NCBI GenBank assembly: GCA_964523575.1
Contig: CAZGAV010000005.1
Coordinates: 6,379 to 70,378, forward strand
Length of the DNA: 64,000 nt
Direction of reading: 5' to 3'
Source of the DNA: an uncultured Ignavibacteriales bacterium
Lineage (GTDB): Bacteria; Zixibacteria; MSB-5A5; GN15; JAAZOE01
Shown here: positions 16,999-25,070 of the stretch, one piece after another
How positions within the stretch are numbered: the stretch's first letter is position 1
How the letters are laid out: each line of letters begins with the position of its first letter
Program-made: the position numbers and the translations under genes
The notes under the pieces: generated by a model
What the model was told of the DNA's origin: nothing
What the model saw: only the letters and a program-made list of their open reading frames with translations
Database searches by the model: none

Positions 16999-18951
16999 TC
17001 AATTATCCTCGTCCGACGGTTCGCTCTTGTCACCCAGTGCTTTTATCACCGGATCGTCGGGATGCTCTTCACGATACATATCTTCCGGCATTTTGCCCGT
17101 GTACCATGACGGATTATTGGGATAGACCGGCGGATTAAAAATGGTCGAATAAAAATGCCAGATCAAAATCGCCAGACCGGCCAGCACCGCTTCATAAAAA
17201 TGAACGATCAGCATGACGCCCAAAGCGCCGACATGCAGAAATCTCTCAGTTACATTCCCGAATAACAGCGCCAGACCGGTGACGGTCATGACCGCCGTCC
17301 CCCAGACCAGAGCCCAGTATTCGGCTTTCTCGATATAACTGAATCGCCCGAATCGTGGCGCCGACCGGCGCAGGCCGAGATCGTAAGCCATGGTCTGGAA
17401 AAACTGGAAAAGATCTTTGGGCCGGGGCGCAATGTCATTGAGGAAAACGCGTCCGCGGTGTCCCATTAAATAAATAAAATGCCACACCGCCGTGATTATG
17501 AAGATAACGGCCGCGACGATATGAATGATACGCCGAACGACAAAACCGCCATCCCAGCCGAACAACATTTTCGCCCACCAACTGCCTGAATAATGAAAGG
17601 CAAAGCCGGTGATCGCCAAAACCGTGAAAGTCACCATCAGAAAAGTATGTTGCCACAATTCATCGCGTTGCATCCGCACGATCTGTTTGCCCCGATTCAA
17701 CACGCGGATCCGCTTGCTCAAGGCGATCAACCAGTGCACCACCATGGCGCCAATAATGATGAAAATGGCGACTATATAAATACTGCGTAAAGTCCGGCCC
17801 GTCGAGTTCAGAAAAACGCCCTTGGTTTTATGAATTTCGATGCTCGCCAGCTGGGGCGTAATACTCTCATGGCACCGGGCGCAGGTCGCCCGGACATTGG
17901 CCGGATTGATGGATGAAGCTGGATCGGTCCGCGGCAGGATAAGATGGGAACGGTGACAGGAGGAGCAATTGGCCACATTGGGATCGCCGTCGGTGCTTTT
18001 CAATCCATGGTAACTGTGACGCCAGGTTTCCAGAACATTGGGCGGGAATCCGTACCGAACGTTTAGTTGCTTATTTTCATGGCAGGGAGCGCAGGTTGTC
18101 ATCGAGACCTGGGTCGCATTGACCGGCGATTCCGGATCGCTGGTCGGCAGAATAGCGTGGGCGCTGTGGCAATCGGTGCATACCGGGCTGATCGCTTCTC
18201 CCTTGGCCGCCGCCTGACCATGAACGCCCTGCTCATAATCGGCCTGTATCTGCTGATGACAACGCCCGCAGGTTTTGGGGATATTGAAATGATAAATCGA
18301 GGATTGAGGATTGATCGGAGCCTGAATCAGGTGACCCGTACCCTGGTACGAATGGCAGTCGATACAGGTCGCCACCAGACCGCTGCTGTCGGGCTTCATC
18401 CGGGAATGGACGCTGGTTGCGTATATTTCGACCGGATCGATCATCGGGATATGGTACTGCCCGACGATGGCGGGGTCTTCATGGCACCGCCCGCAGGTAT
18501 GCGGCAAATTCACGGGATTGACCATCGACTTTCGATCCGACGGTTCCAGAATGTCATGAGTGCCGTGACAATCGTGGCAGTCGGGCATCAAATTCCCGGG
18601 CGTCTGTTGACGGAAACCATGCCATTGATAGGCTTTGGCCGCGTCGTCATGACAATTTCCGCAGACGACCGGCGGAAGATCGGCGCCATGAGGCAGACTG
18701 TCGACCCCGGTATGGCAATCCTTGCAATCCAGCATCCCATGCACCGAATTGGCGAATACGGCGCTGTCAACATAAAGAGAAATTTCCTGCCCGCCGGCCT
18801 CCGACTTGGTGAAACTGGAGTCCCCGTGGCACATGAAGCATTGCGCCGAAACGCCCGAAGCAGTCAGCAGAAAAAGAATCCCGAACAGCAGGACCGGCCC
18901 GAAATAATTATGGAATCGGCGACAACCGATGCTGATATGGTCAAACAACAC
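16999..18951 (-). CDS. Undecaheme c-type cytochrome fused to FdnI/HydC-type cytochrome b membrane domain (CbcL-like)
   Basis: Signal peptide, then 11 CxxCH motifs: CFMCH, CKDCH, CGNCH, CHDCH, CGRCH, CIDCH, CGRCH, CTDCH, CAPCH, CSSCH, CARCH. The C-terminal ~270 aa carries about 5 hydrophobic helices with conserved His (WQHTF, FHY, IHIVAA, WHFIY, VHFYEA, WHFY). GTG start. Confidence 0.85.
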   Translation of the reverse strand: MLFDHISIGCRRFHNYFGPVLLFGILFLLTASGVSAQCFMCHGDSSFTKSEAGGQEISLYVDSAVFANSVHGMLDCKDCHTGVDSLPHGADLPPVVCGNCHDDAAKAYQWHGFRQQTPGNLMPDCHDCHGTHDILEPSDRKSMVNPVNLPHTCGRCHEDPAIVGQYHIPMIDPVEIYATSVHSRMKPDSSGLVATCIDCHSYQGTGHLIQAPINPQSSIYHFNIPKTCGRCHQQIQADYEQGVHGQAAAKGEAISPVCTDCHSAHAILPTSDPESPVNATQVSMTTCAPCHENKQLNVRYGFPPNVLETWRHSYHGLKSTDGDPNVANCSSCHRSHLILPRTDPASSINPANVRATCARCHESITPQLASIEIHKTKGVFLNSTGRTLRSIYIVAIFIIIGAMVVHWLIALSKRIRVLNRGKQIVRMQRDELWQHTFLMVTFTVLAITGFAFHYSGSWWAKMLFGWDGGFVVRRIIHIVAAVIFIITAVWHFIYLMGHRGRVFLNDIAPRPKDLFQFFQTMAYDLGLRRSAPRFGRFSYIEKAEYWALVWGTAVMTVTGLALLFGNVTERFLHVGALGVMLIVHFYEAVLAGLAILIWHFYSTIFNPPVYPNNPSWYTGKMPEDMYREEHPDDPVIKALGDKSEPSDEDN

Positions 18952-19217
18952 TTTACTATCCCGTAAATAAATTCAGTTATCGATATTCATGTCCTTATTT
19001 AGTAAAAGTTATACGGCCCGATGTTAAAAGTCAATTGACTCTCACCGTATTTTCTGCCGAATCCGGATCTCATTCTGATTACCGAATAAAATATCCATAT
19101 TTATAATTTATTCCGGTGTGGCATATTGCCTCGATGTCCCTCGATGCCCCGGCTATTAATAATGAAACTTCCTTCTTTTAACGCTTAACGCTGTACGATA
19201 CATACCATTATCGAAGA

Positions 19218-19233
19218 TGGAACGCTTTTTGCT
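19218..19233 (+). promoter_or_regulatory. Sigma-54 (-24/-12) promoter candidate
   Basis: TGGAACGCTTTTTGCT versus consensus TGGCACG-N4-TTGCW. There is one mismatch and the GG-N10-GC spacing is correct. The GC lies 39 nt upstream of the ATG at 19272. Confidence 0.55.
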
Positions 19234-19271
19234 TTTACTGGCATAGAAACTATAAATAAAGGAGTTAAACC

Positions 19272-19757
19272 ATGAAACGGACTTTAACCATAATGTCGAT
19301 CCTGGCCGTGGCCGTCGCTTTCGGCGTCATCCCGGCCGGAGCCCAGATGATGGGCAACAATCAGTCACAGGGTAAGACCATGATGACCGATTCCACCACC
19401 TACATGCACAATGCCGACCTCATGAAAATGATGCAGAAATCGACCAGCCAGAACACGGCCATGGTCGCCGACCTCAACCAGATTGACGAGGATTTCCACC
19501 AGATGATGTCCATCGACGACATCAAGACCTTGAAAGTGGAAATGAAAAAGGAAGTCCAGCGGCTGACGGCGTTGCACGATGAAATGCAGCAGATGTCGCA
19601 GATGCAGATGCAGATGAACGACATGATGAACACCGGCACCATGCACGGAAATATGATGGGCAACCGCAGCCATATGAGCGGTATGCAGAATAATATGCAG
19701 ACGGGCCAGACCGGCGTAGCGAAGGATAATGTCAAATCGCCGGGCGACAAGAGATAA
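19272..19757 (+). CDS. Secreted methionine/histidine-rich protein (SilE/PcoE-like putative Cu(I)/Ag(I) binder)
   Basis: AAGGAG RBS and a signal peptide ending PAGA-QMM. By my count 27 of 161 residues are Met, arranged in MxM, MM and HxxM patterns (MSQMQMQMNDMMNTGTMHGNMMGNRSHMSGMQNNM). It is adjacent to the copA module. Confidence 0.6.
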   Translation: MKRTLTIMSILAVAVAFGVIPAGAQMMGNNQSQGKTMMTDSTTYMHNADLMKMMQKSTSQNTAMVADLNQIDEDFHQMMSIDDIKTLKVEMKKEVQRLTALHDEMQQMSQMQMQMNDMMNTGTMHGNMMGNRSHMSGMQNNMQTGQTGVAKDNVKSPGDKR

Positions 19758-19842
19758 TGGCCCCGAACGATCGACGGAATCGTATCCCTCCGTACAATTT
19801 CGACGGGGGATTTCCGATTCCTGATATCGCACGATTGAACTC

Positions 19843-19899
19843 GTGGAGGGAAGGGAGAAGGTCGTCGACTTATGATTCACGGCCCTCCTTTTCCTCCAC
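19843..19899 (+). other. Intercistronic purine/pyrimidine stem-loop
   Basis: GTGGAGGGAAGGGAG (19843-19857) pairs with CTCCTTTTCCTCCAC (19885-19899). This gives 15 bp including 2 G-U pairs and a ~27-nt loop. No U-tract follows. Confidence 0.4.
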
Positions 19900-19933
19900 T
19901 CTTAAATAGACTTGAGAAACGAGGTGACAAACG

Positions 19934-20158
19934 ATGGGACACCTGGGATTCTACGGACTGGGCGGTATATGGATGATCATCGTCTGGGTTTTGATTATCG
20001 CCGTCGGACTATATGTCCTGAGGATTTTTGTCAGAGATAAGGACAACCGCCATCAGCCGTCTGAAACTCCCGATGAAATCCTCAAACGCCGTTACGCCTC
20101 CGGCGATATTTCGAGCCGGGAATACAATGAAATGAAAGAAAAACTACACCATGGTTAG
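19934..20158 (+). CDS. SHOCT-domain small membrane protein
   Basis: One TM helix ([18 protein letters not shown]), then [23 protein letters not shown]. This matches the SHOCT motif (L..RyAkGEIs.eEYe..k..L). GAGGTG RBS. Confidence 0.7.
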   Translation: MGHLGFYGLGGIWMIIVWVLIIAVGLYVLRIFVRDKDNRHQPSETPDEILKRRYASGDISSREYNEMKEKLHHG

Positions 20159-20211
20159 GCGGTTATAGAGGCCTCAAAGAATTGCGACCCCAAGAGGGGG
20201 TCGATTTTAAT

Positions 20212-22836
20212 ATGAATGTTGGTCTTAAAGATCCCGTATGTGGTATGGCTGTCGATGAAGACAGCCCCTACCGCGCCGTCGAGAACGGCCGCACGGTTTA
20301 TTTCTGTAGCGACGACTGCCGCGAGGAATTTGAATCGAAGGATAAAATGCATATGACCGAATTGCTAAAAGATCCCGTCTGCGGTATGGATGTCGACGCC
20401 TCGAGCCCCCACCGGTTCGAGTATCGCGGTAAAGAATACTACTTCTGTAGCCAGGGTTGCCGTGACAAATTTGCCGCCGATCCCGATAAATATCTCGACA
20501 AGACACCGCCATCGCCTATGCCCGGTCATCATCACGACCATCATCACGACCAACCGGCCGCATCGGCACCCGAACTGAAAACAGCGTCTTCTTCGGATGC
20601 CTCCCGCGTTTACGTCTGCCCTATGCATCCCGATGAACGCCAGACTTCCCCCGGCAATTGTTCGATCTGCGGTATGTCGCTCGAACCGTATGTTTCATCC
20701 ACGCCGGCCGGCGGCACCGAATACACCTGCCCCATGCATCCCGAAGTGATTCAGGATCACCCCGGAAGCTGCCCCAAATGCGGCATGGCCCTGGAACCGC
20801 GAACCGTAACGGAAACCGAGGAAGACAACTCTGAATTACGGGACATGAAACGACGTCTGTGGGTCAGCGCCCTCCTATCCGTACCATTGCTTCTTATCGC
20901 CATGCTGGGCCATGTGCCCTCTATCCATACCTGGATGGCGTCAATCGCCGCCCCCCGGATCTGGACTCTGGCCGAATTGGCTCTCGCGACACCGGTAGTT
21001 TTATGGGGCGGATGGCCCTTCTTTGTCCGGGGATGGTACTCTCTGCTGAACCACAGCCTCAATATGTTCACGCTGATCGGCATGGGTGTCGCCATCGCCT
21101 ATCTCTATAGCCTGATGGCGGCCCTTTTCCCCGGTATTTTTCCGGCCGCCTTCCGCGACACCGCCGGCGAAGTCGCCGTCTATTTTGAAGCCGCCGCCAT
21201 GATTGTCACCCTTGTTCTGGTCGGTCAGGTGATGGAATTGCGGGCCCGGCGGCAAACCGGATCGGCCATCAAGGCCCTGCTGAAATTGGCCCCCAAAATA
21301 GCCCATCGGATCGACCGCGACGGCAATGAAAACGACATTCCCCTCGATCAGGTACAAATCGGCGACCGCCTCCGCGTACGGTCCGGAGAAAAAATCCCGG
21401 TGGACGGCATCGTCGTCGATGGTTCCAGTTCCGTCGATGAGTCGATGATTACCGGCGAATCAATCCCGGTCTCGAAAGAATCGCCTGATCAGGTAATCGG
21501 CGCCACCGTCAACGGTTCCGGTTCATTCATTCTCAAAGCCGAAAAAGTCGGCTCCGACACATTATTATCCCAGATTGTCAATATGGTTTCCGAAGCTCAG
21601 CGCAGTCGGGCCCCCATCCAGAAAATCGCCGATATCGCCGCTTCCTATTTCGTACCGGCTGTCATTCTGATTGCTGTCATAACCTTTGTCATCTGGGCTT
21701 TCGTCGGTCCGCCGCCGCGTTTGGTGCACGCCCTGATCAATGCCGTCGCCGTCCTGATTATCGCCTGTCCCTGCGCTCTGGGGCTGGCGACGCCGATGTC
21801 GATCATGGTTGCCTCGGGCAAAGGCGCCACCGCCGGAGTGCTGTTCAAGAACGCCGAGGCAATCGAAGTCCTTCAAAAAGTCGATACTCTGGTAATAGAC
21901 AAAACCGGAACCTTGACCGCCGGAAAGCCGACGCTGGTCCGGGTTGAGGCCGAAGACCCCTGGAACGAGGACGACCTCTTGCGTTATGCCGCCAGCCTGG
22001 AGCGGGGAAGTGAACACCCTCTGGCAACCGCCATCGTGGACGGAGCCGCCGAACACCACCTCCAGTTGCGAGCTATCGGCAACTTCCAGTCGGTCACCGG
22101 CCTGGGCGTCACCGGCATTGTCCAGGATAAAAAGGTTTCATTGGGGAATCGGGCTTTCATGGAGCAACTCGGAGTCAACATCGATTCCCAGATCGAATCG
22201 GCCGATAAGATGCGCCGGGAGGGACAAACTGTCATGTTTGTGGCTTTGGATGGCCTCGCCTCCGGACTTATCGGCGTCGCCGATCCCATCAAAAAAACGA
22301 CCCCGGCGGCCATCAAAGCCCTTCACCGCGAAGGCCTTCGCCTGGTCATGCTGACCGGCGACAACCGGACCACGGCCGAGGCTGTCGCCCGCCAATTGGG
22401 TATCGACGAAGTCTTCGCCGAAATTCTCCCCGGCCAGAAAGCCGATACTGTCAAAAAATTGCAGTCGCAGAATCGCTTTGTGGCCATGGCCGGCGACGGC
22501 ATCAACGACGCCCCGGCTCTGGCGCAGGCTCAGGTCGGAATCGCGATGGGCACCGGTACCGACGTCGCCATGGAAAGCGCCGGCGTCACTCTGGTCAAGG
22601 GCGATCTCATGGGAATCGTGCGCGCCCGGCGGCTGAGCCGTCTGACCATGCAGAACATAAAACAGAATTTATTCCTGGCCATTGTTTACAATTCCCTGGG
22701 GATACCGATCGCCGCCGGCGTGCTCTATCCCTTTTTCGGCCTCCTCCTCAGCCCCATCATTGCCGCCGCCGCCATGAGTTTCAGTTCCGTTTCGGTTATC
22801 ACCAACGCCCTGCGGTTGCGCCGCCGGAAAATTTGA
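20212..22836 (+). CDS. copA: Cu(I)-translocating P1B-type ATPase with non-canonical N-terminal metal-binding domains
   Basis: [18 protein letters not shown] and TM CPC ([13 protein letters not shown]), plus YN (IVYNSLG) and MSFSS, give a P1B-1 Cu+/Ag+ signature. The N-terminus has 2x YHS/TRASH (DPVCGM...YFCS..C), a His-rich tract HHHDHHHD, and 2x Y(V/T)CPMHP...C..CGM domains. I prefer the ATG at 20212 (AGAGGGGG RBS) over the track's TTG at 20182. Confidence 0.9.
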   Translation: MNVGLKDPVCGMAVDEDSPYRAVENGRTVYFCSDDCREEFESKDKMHMTELLKDPVCGMDVDASSPHRFEYRGKEYYFCSQGCRDKFAADPDKYLDKTPPSPMPGHHHDHHHDQPAASAPELKTASSSDASRVYVCPMHPDERQTSPGNCSICGMSLEPYVSSTPAGGTEYTCPMHPEVIQDHPGSCPKCGMALEPRTVTETEEDNSELRDMKRRLWVSALLSVPLLLIAMLGHVPSIHTWMASIAAPRIWTLAELALATPVVLWGGWPFFVRGWYSLLNHSLNMFTLIGMGVAIAYLYSLMAALFPGIFPAAFRDTAGEVAVYFEAAAMIVTLVLVGQVMELRARRQTGSAIKALLKLAPKIAHRIDRDGNENDIPLDQVQIGDRLRVRSGEKIPVDGIVVDGSSSVDESMITGESIPVSKESPDQVIGATVNGSGSFILKAEKVGSDTLLSQIVNMVSEAQRSRAPIQKIADIAASYFVPAVILIAVITFVIWAFVGPPPRLVHALINAVAVLIIACPCALGLATPMSIMVASGKGATAGVLFKNAEAIEVLQKVDTLVIDKTGTLTAGKPTLVRVEAEDPWNEDDLLRYAASLERGSEHPLATAIVDGAAEHHLQLRAIGNFQSVTGLGVTGIVQDKKVSLGNRAFMEQLGVNIDSQIESADKMRREGQTVMFVALDGLASGLIGVADPIKKTTPAAIKALHREGLRLVMLTGDNRTTAEAVARQLGIDEVFAEILPGQKADTVKKLQSQNRFVAMAGDGINDAPALAQAQVGIAMGTGTDVAMESAGVTLVKGDLMGIVRARRLSRLTMQNIKQNLFLAIVYNSLGIPIAAGVLYPFFGLLLSPIIAAAAMSFSSVSVITNALRLRRRKI

Positions 22837-22867
22837 TGCCACTCTTCGCAATTGGCGAGGGGATAAT

Positions 22868-22900
22868 AAAACGGCGTCGATAAAAAATTCGACGCCGTTT
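22868..22900. terminator. Hairpin terminator between convergent copA and the M16 operon
   Basis: AAACGGCGTCGA-TAAAAAAT-TCGACGCCGTTT is a perfect 12-bp stem. The T-rich tail is better on the minus strand (TTTTATTAT). Confidence 0.6.
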
Positions 22901-22934
22901 CCTGATTCAATCTTTCACTAACCGCAAAGCGATA

Positions 22935-25070
22935 TCACAAACCTTCCGGTTTGACGAACAACGAGGAATCGTATTCGCCGTTGATCTTGATCGTCTTCAT
23001 GACGATTTCGAAGGTCATGCCGCCGCCGTCCTGATGGATCTTGGTCGGCATCATGATTCCATCGAATTTCTTGTAATCGCTGTTGGTTTCGACAATCTCT
23101 CCCGGACCGGCCATAGTTTCACCCATATAACGCATCCCGGCCGGAAGATAGCTGGTCGGATCCACATACATGGAAAACTGCGTGCCGGCGTCGGTGATGA
23201 AATCGAGCCGGATCGCCGGCTTGCCGTTAAACTCTTCCTCGCCCCGGCTGGCCACCTTGATCATGTCGTCCTGATCGACATGGGAGAAAAGCCAGACCGA
23301 ATTGCGGGTCAGGTTACTCCTCTCGTCCTCGGCCTGACTGGAGGGCATCGCCTGCGTCTGGCCGCCGGCCGTAACCCAGCCGTCGGTGCCGTCGAAAATG
23401 ATTACCTGGTTGCCCATCGGCGTCTGGATGATCTGGGCCGACTTGTCGGGCATCACCTGAATACTGGTCAAGGCCATCTTCATCGCGCCCTGCGGCGTAT
23501 TCAGAGTCAGGTCGGCCTCGGCCACGATATTGGTGATATTCCGGAAACTCTCCGGGCCGCCGGTGGCCTCGGCTGCTTTGGTCAAAACCGCCAGTCCCTC
23601 GGCCAGTTCCTCATCGGTGGCCTCAAACGCCTCCGTGGCCGGCTTGGGGATGGTGATGTCAATATCGTTGACATTGCCGAAAACGCTCAACGGCTCATCG
23701 AATTCATCCCCTTTTCCGACCACCAGTATCTGGAGGTTATCGGGATTCAATTTCCGCTTGGCGACGTCGATAACGTCCTCCGGCGTGACCTTCTCCACCG
23801 CTTCCTTCAACTGCTGCAAATAATCGCGGGGCATACCGTAATAATCGTAGGTCATCATCCGGCCGAGAATTTCGCCCTTGGTGTCGAAATTGAACACATA
23901 CGAATTGAGCCATCCATCTTTGGCCCGCCGCATTTCTTCGGCCGTCGGCGGCGTTGTCTGCATCGACTTGATCTGCGTGATCATTTCCCGGATCGCCTTG
24001 ACGGTGCTCTCCGATTTGGTCGCGGCATACGCATAAAACCAGCCGGGATAATCGTAGTTGAAAGAATAATTGCCCTGAGCCGTATAGGCCAGACCCAGCC
24101 GGGTGCGGACATTATCCGTCAAGCGGCTGCCGAAACTCCCGCCCAACACCGCGTTCATAACAATCGTGGCCGGGTAATCGGGATCGCCCATCTTGCCGCC
24201 GACATGCCCGATCAGTATATTCGACTGGTTGACATCCGTCTTCTCGGCATAATTGACCGAGGGATGGAACTTGTAATCCACAGGCGGCGGCGCGGGAGTT
24301 TCCTGAGCCGCTCGTTTCCAGTCGCCGAAATACTTCTTGACCATCGCCAGCATCTCGTCCCGGTTGAAATCGCCCCAAACCGCCAGTTGCATATTGTTGG
24401 GGTGGACATAAGCTTTATGGAACTTGACCAGATCGTCCCGATTGATGGCGCCGATCGTGGCGTATTCCTCGGTGCGGGCATAGGGAGAATCAGGCCCGAA
24501 AATCAATTTGCGGAATTCGCGGATGCAAATATCCATCGGCTCGTCGTTCCGTCTCGAAATGGCTGATTTGGCGCTGGTGCGGGACAGTTCGATTTTATCC
24601 TCGTCGAATACCGGATTGCGCAGGACGTCGGCCAGAGTGCTCATGACCGTCTCGGCGTATTCGGACAGGCCGTTGGCATTGGCCGATCCCGATGTCCGGT
24701 CGATTCCGGTTTCGACGTAAGCCCCGATGGCCTCCAGTTCCTCGTCGATCTGGTCGCCGGTTTTGCTCGTCGTCCCGCCGGTCCGCATGACCTCACCGGT
24801 CATCGACGCCAGCCCCGCTTTCGCCGCCGGCTCGAGATAAGAGCCGCACCGGTTGAGTGAGGCGTACATGTTGACCGTCGGCAGAGTGTGATCTTCGAGC
24901 AGGTAAACCGTGATGCCGTTGTCGAGGACAAAGCGATCCGGTTCCGGAATATCGAATTTATTGAGCGCGGGATATTTGATATCGTCGATCTTCTTCCCCC
25001 ACGCCGGAATGACCGCCAGCGCCAGCAGGCCGCACAGCCACCACGCCATGATCATCTTCATCGCTTTCAT
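22935..25070 (-). CDS. M16-family (pitrilysin-like) peptidase subunit lacking HxxEH, with ~230-aa C-terminal beta-rich extension
   Basis: Signal peptide and M16 N-/C-terminal domains, but no HxxEH motif. The extra C-terminal region (…MKMALTSIQVMPDKSAQIIQTPMGNQVIIFDGTDGW…MPTKIHQDGGGMTFEIVMKTIKINGEYD) looks LolA/lipoprotein-sorting-like. The start overlaps the upstream stop (TAATG). Confidence 0.75.
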   Translation of the reverse strand: MKAMKMIMAWWLCGLLALAVIPAWGKKIDDIKYPALNKFDIPEPDRFVLDNGITVYLLEDHTLPTVNMYASLNRCGSYLEPAAKAGLASMTGEVMRTGGTTSKTGDQIDEELEAIGAYVETGIDRTSGSANANGLSEYAETVMSTLADVLRNPVFDEDKIELSRTSAKSAISRRNDEPMDICIREFRKLIFGPDSPYARTEEYATIGAINRDDLVKFHKAYVHPNNMQLAVWGDFNRDEMLAMVKKYFGDWKRAAQETPAPPPVDYKFHPSVNYAEKTDVNQSNILIGHVGGKMGDPDYPATIVMNAVLGGSFGSRLTDNVRTRLGLAYTAQGNYSFNYDYPGWFYAYAATKSESTVKAIREMITQIKSMQTTPPTAEEMRRAKDGWLNSYVFNFDTKGEILGRMMTYDYYGMPRDYLQQLKEAVEKVTPEDVIDVAKRKLNPDNLQILVVGKGDEFDEPLSVFGNVNDIDITIPKPATEAFEATDEELAEGLAVLTKAAEATGGPESFRNITNIVAEADLTLNTPQGAMKMALTSIQVMPDKSAQIIQTPMGNQVIIFDGTDGWVTAGGQTQAMPSSQAEDERSNLTRNSVWLFSHVDQDDMIKVASRGEEEFNGKPAIRLDFITDAGTQFSMYVDPTSYLPAGMRYMGETMAGPGEIVETNSDYKKFDGIMMPTKIHQDGGGMTFEIVMKTIKINGEYDSSLFVKPEGL

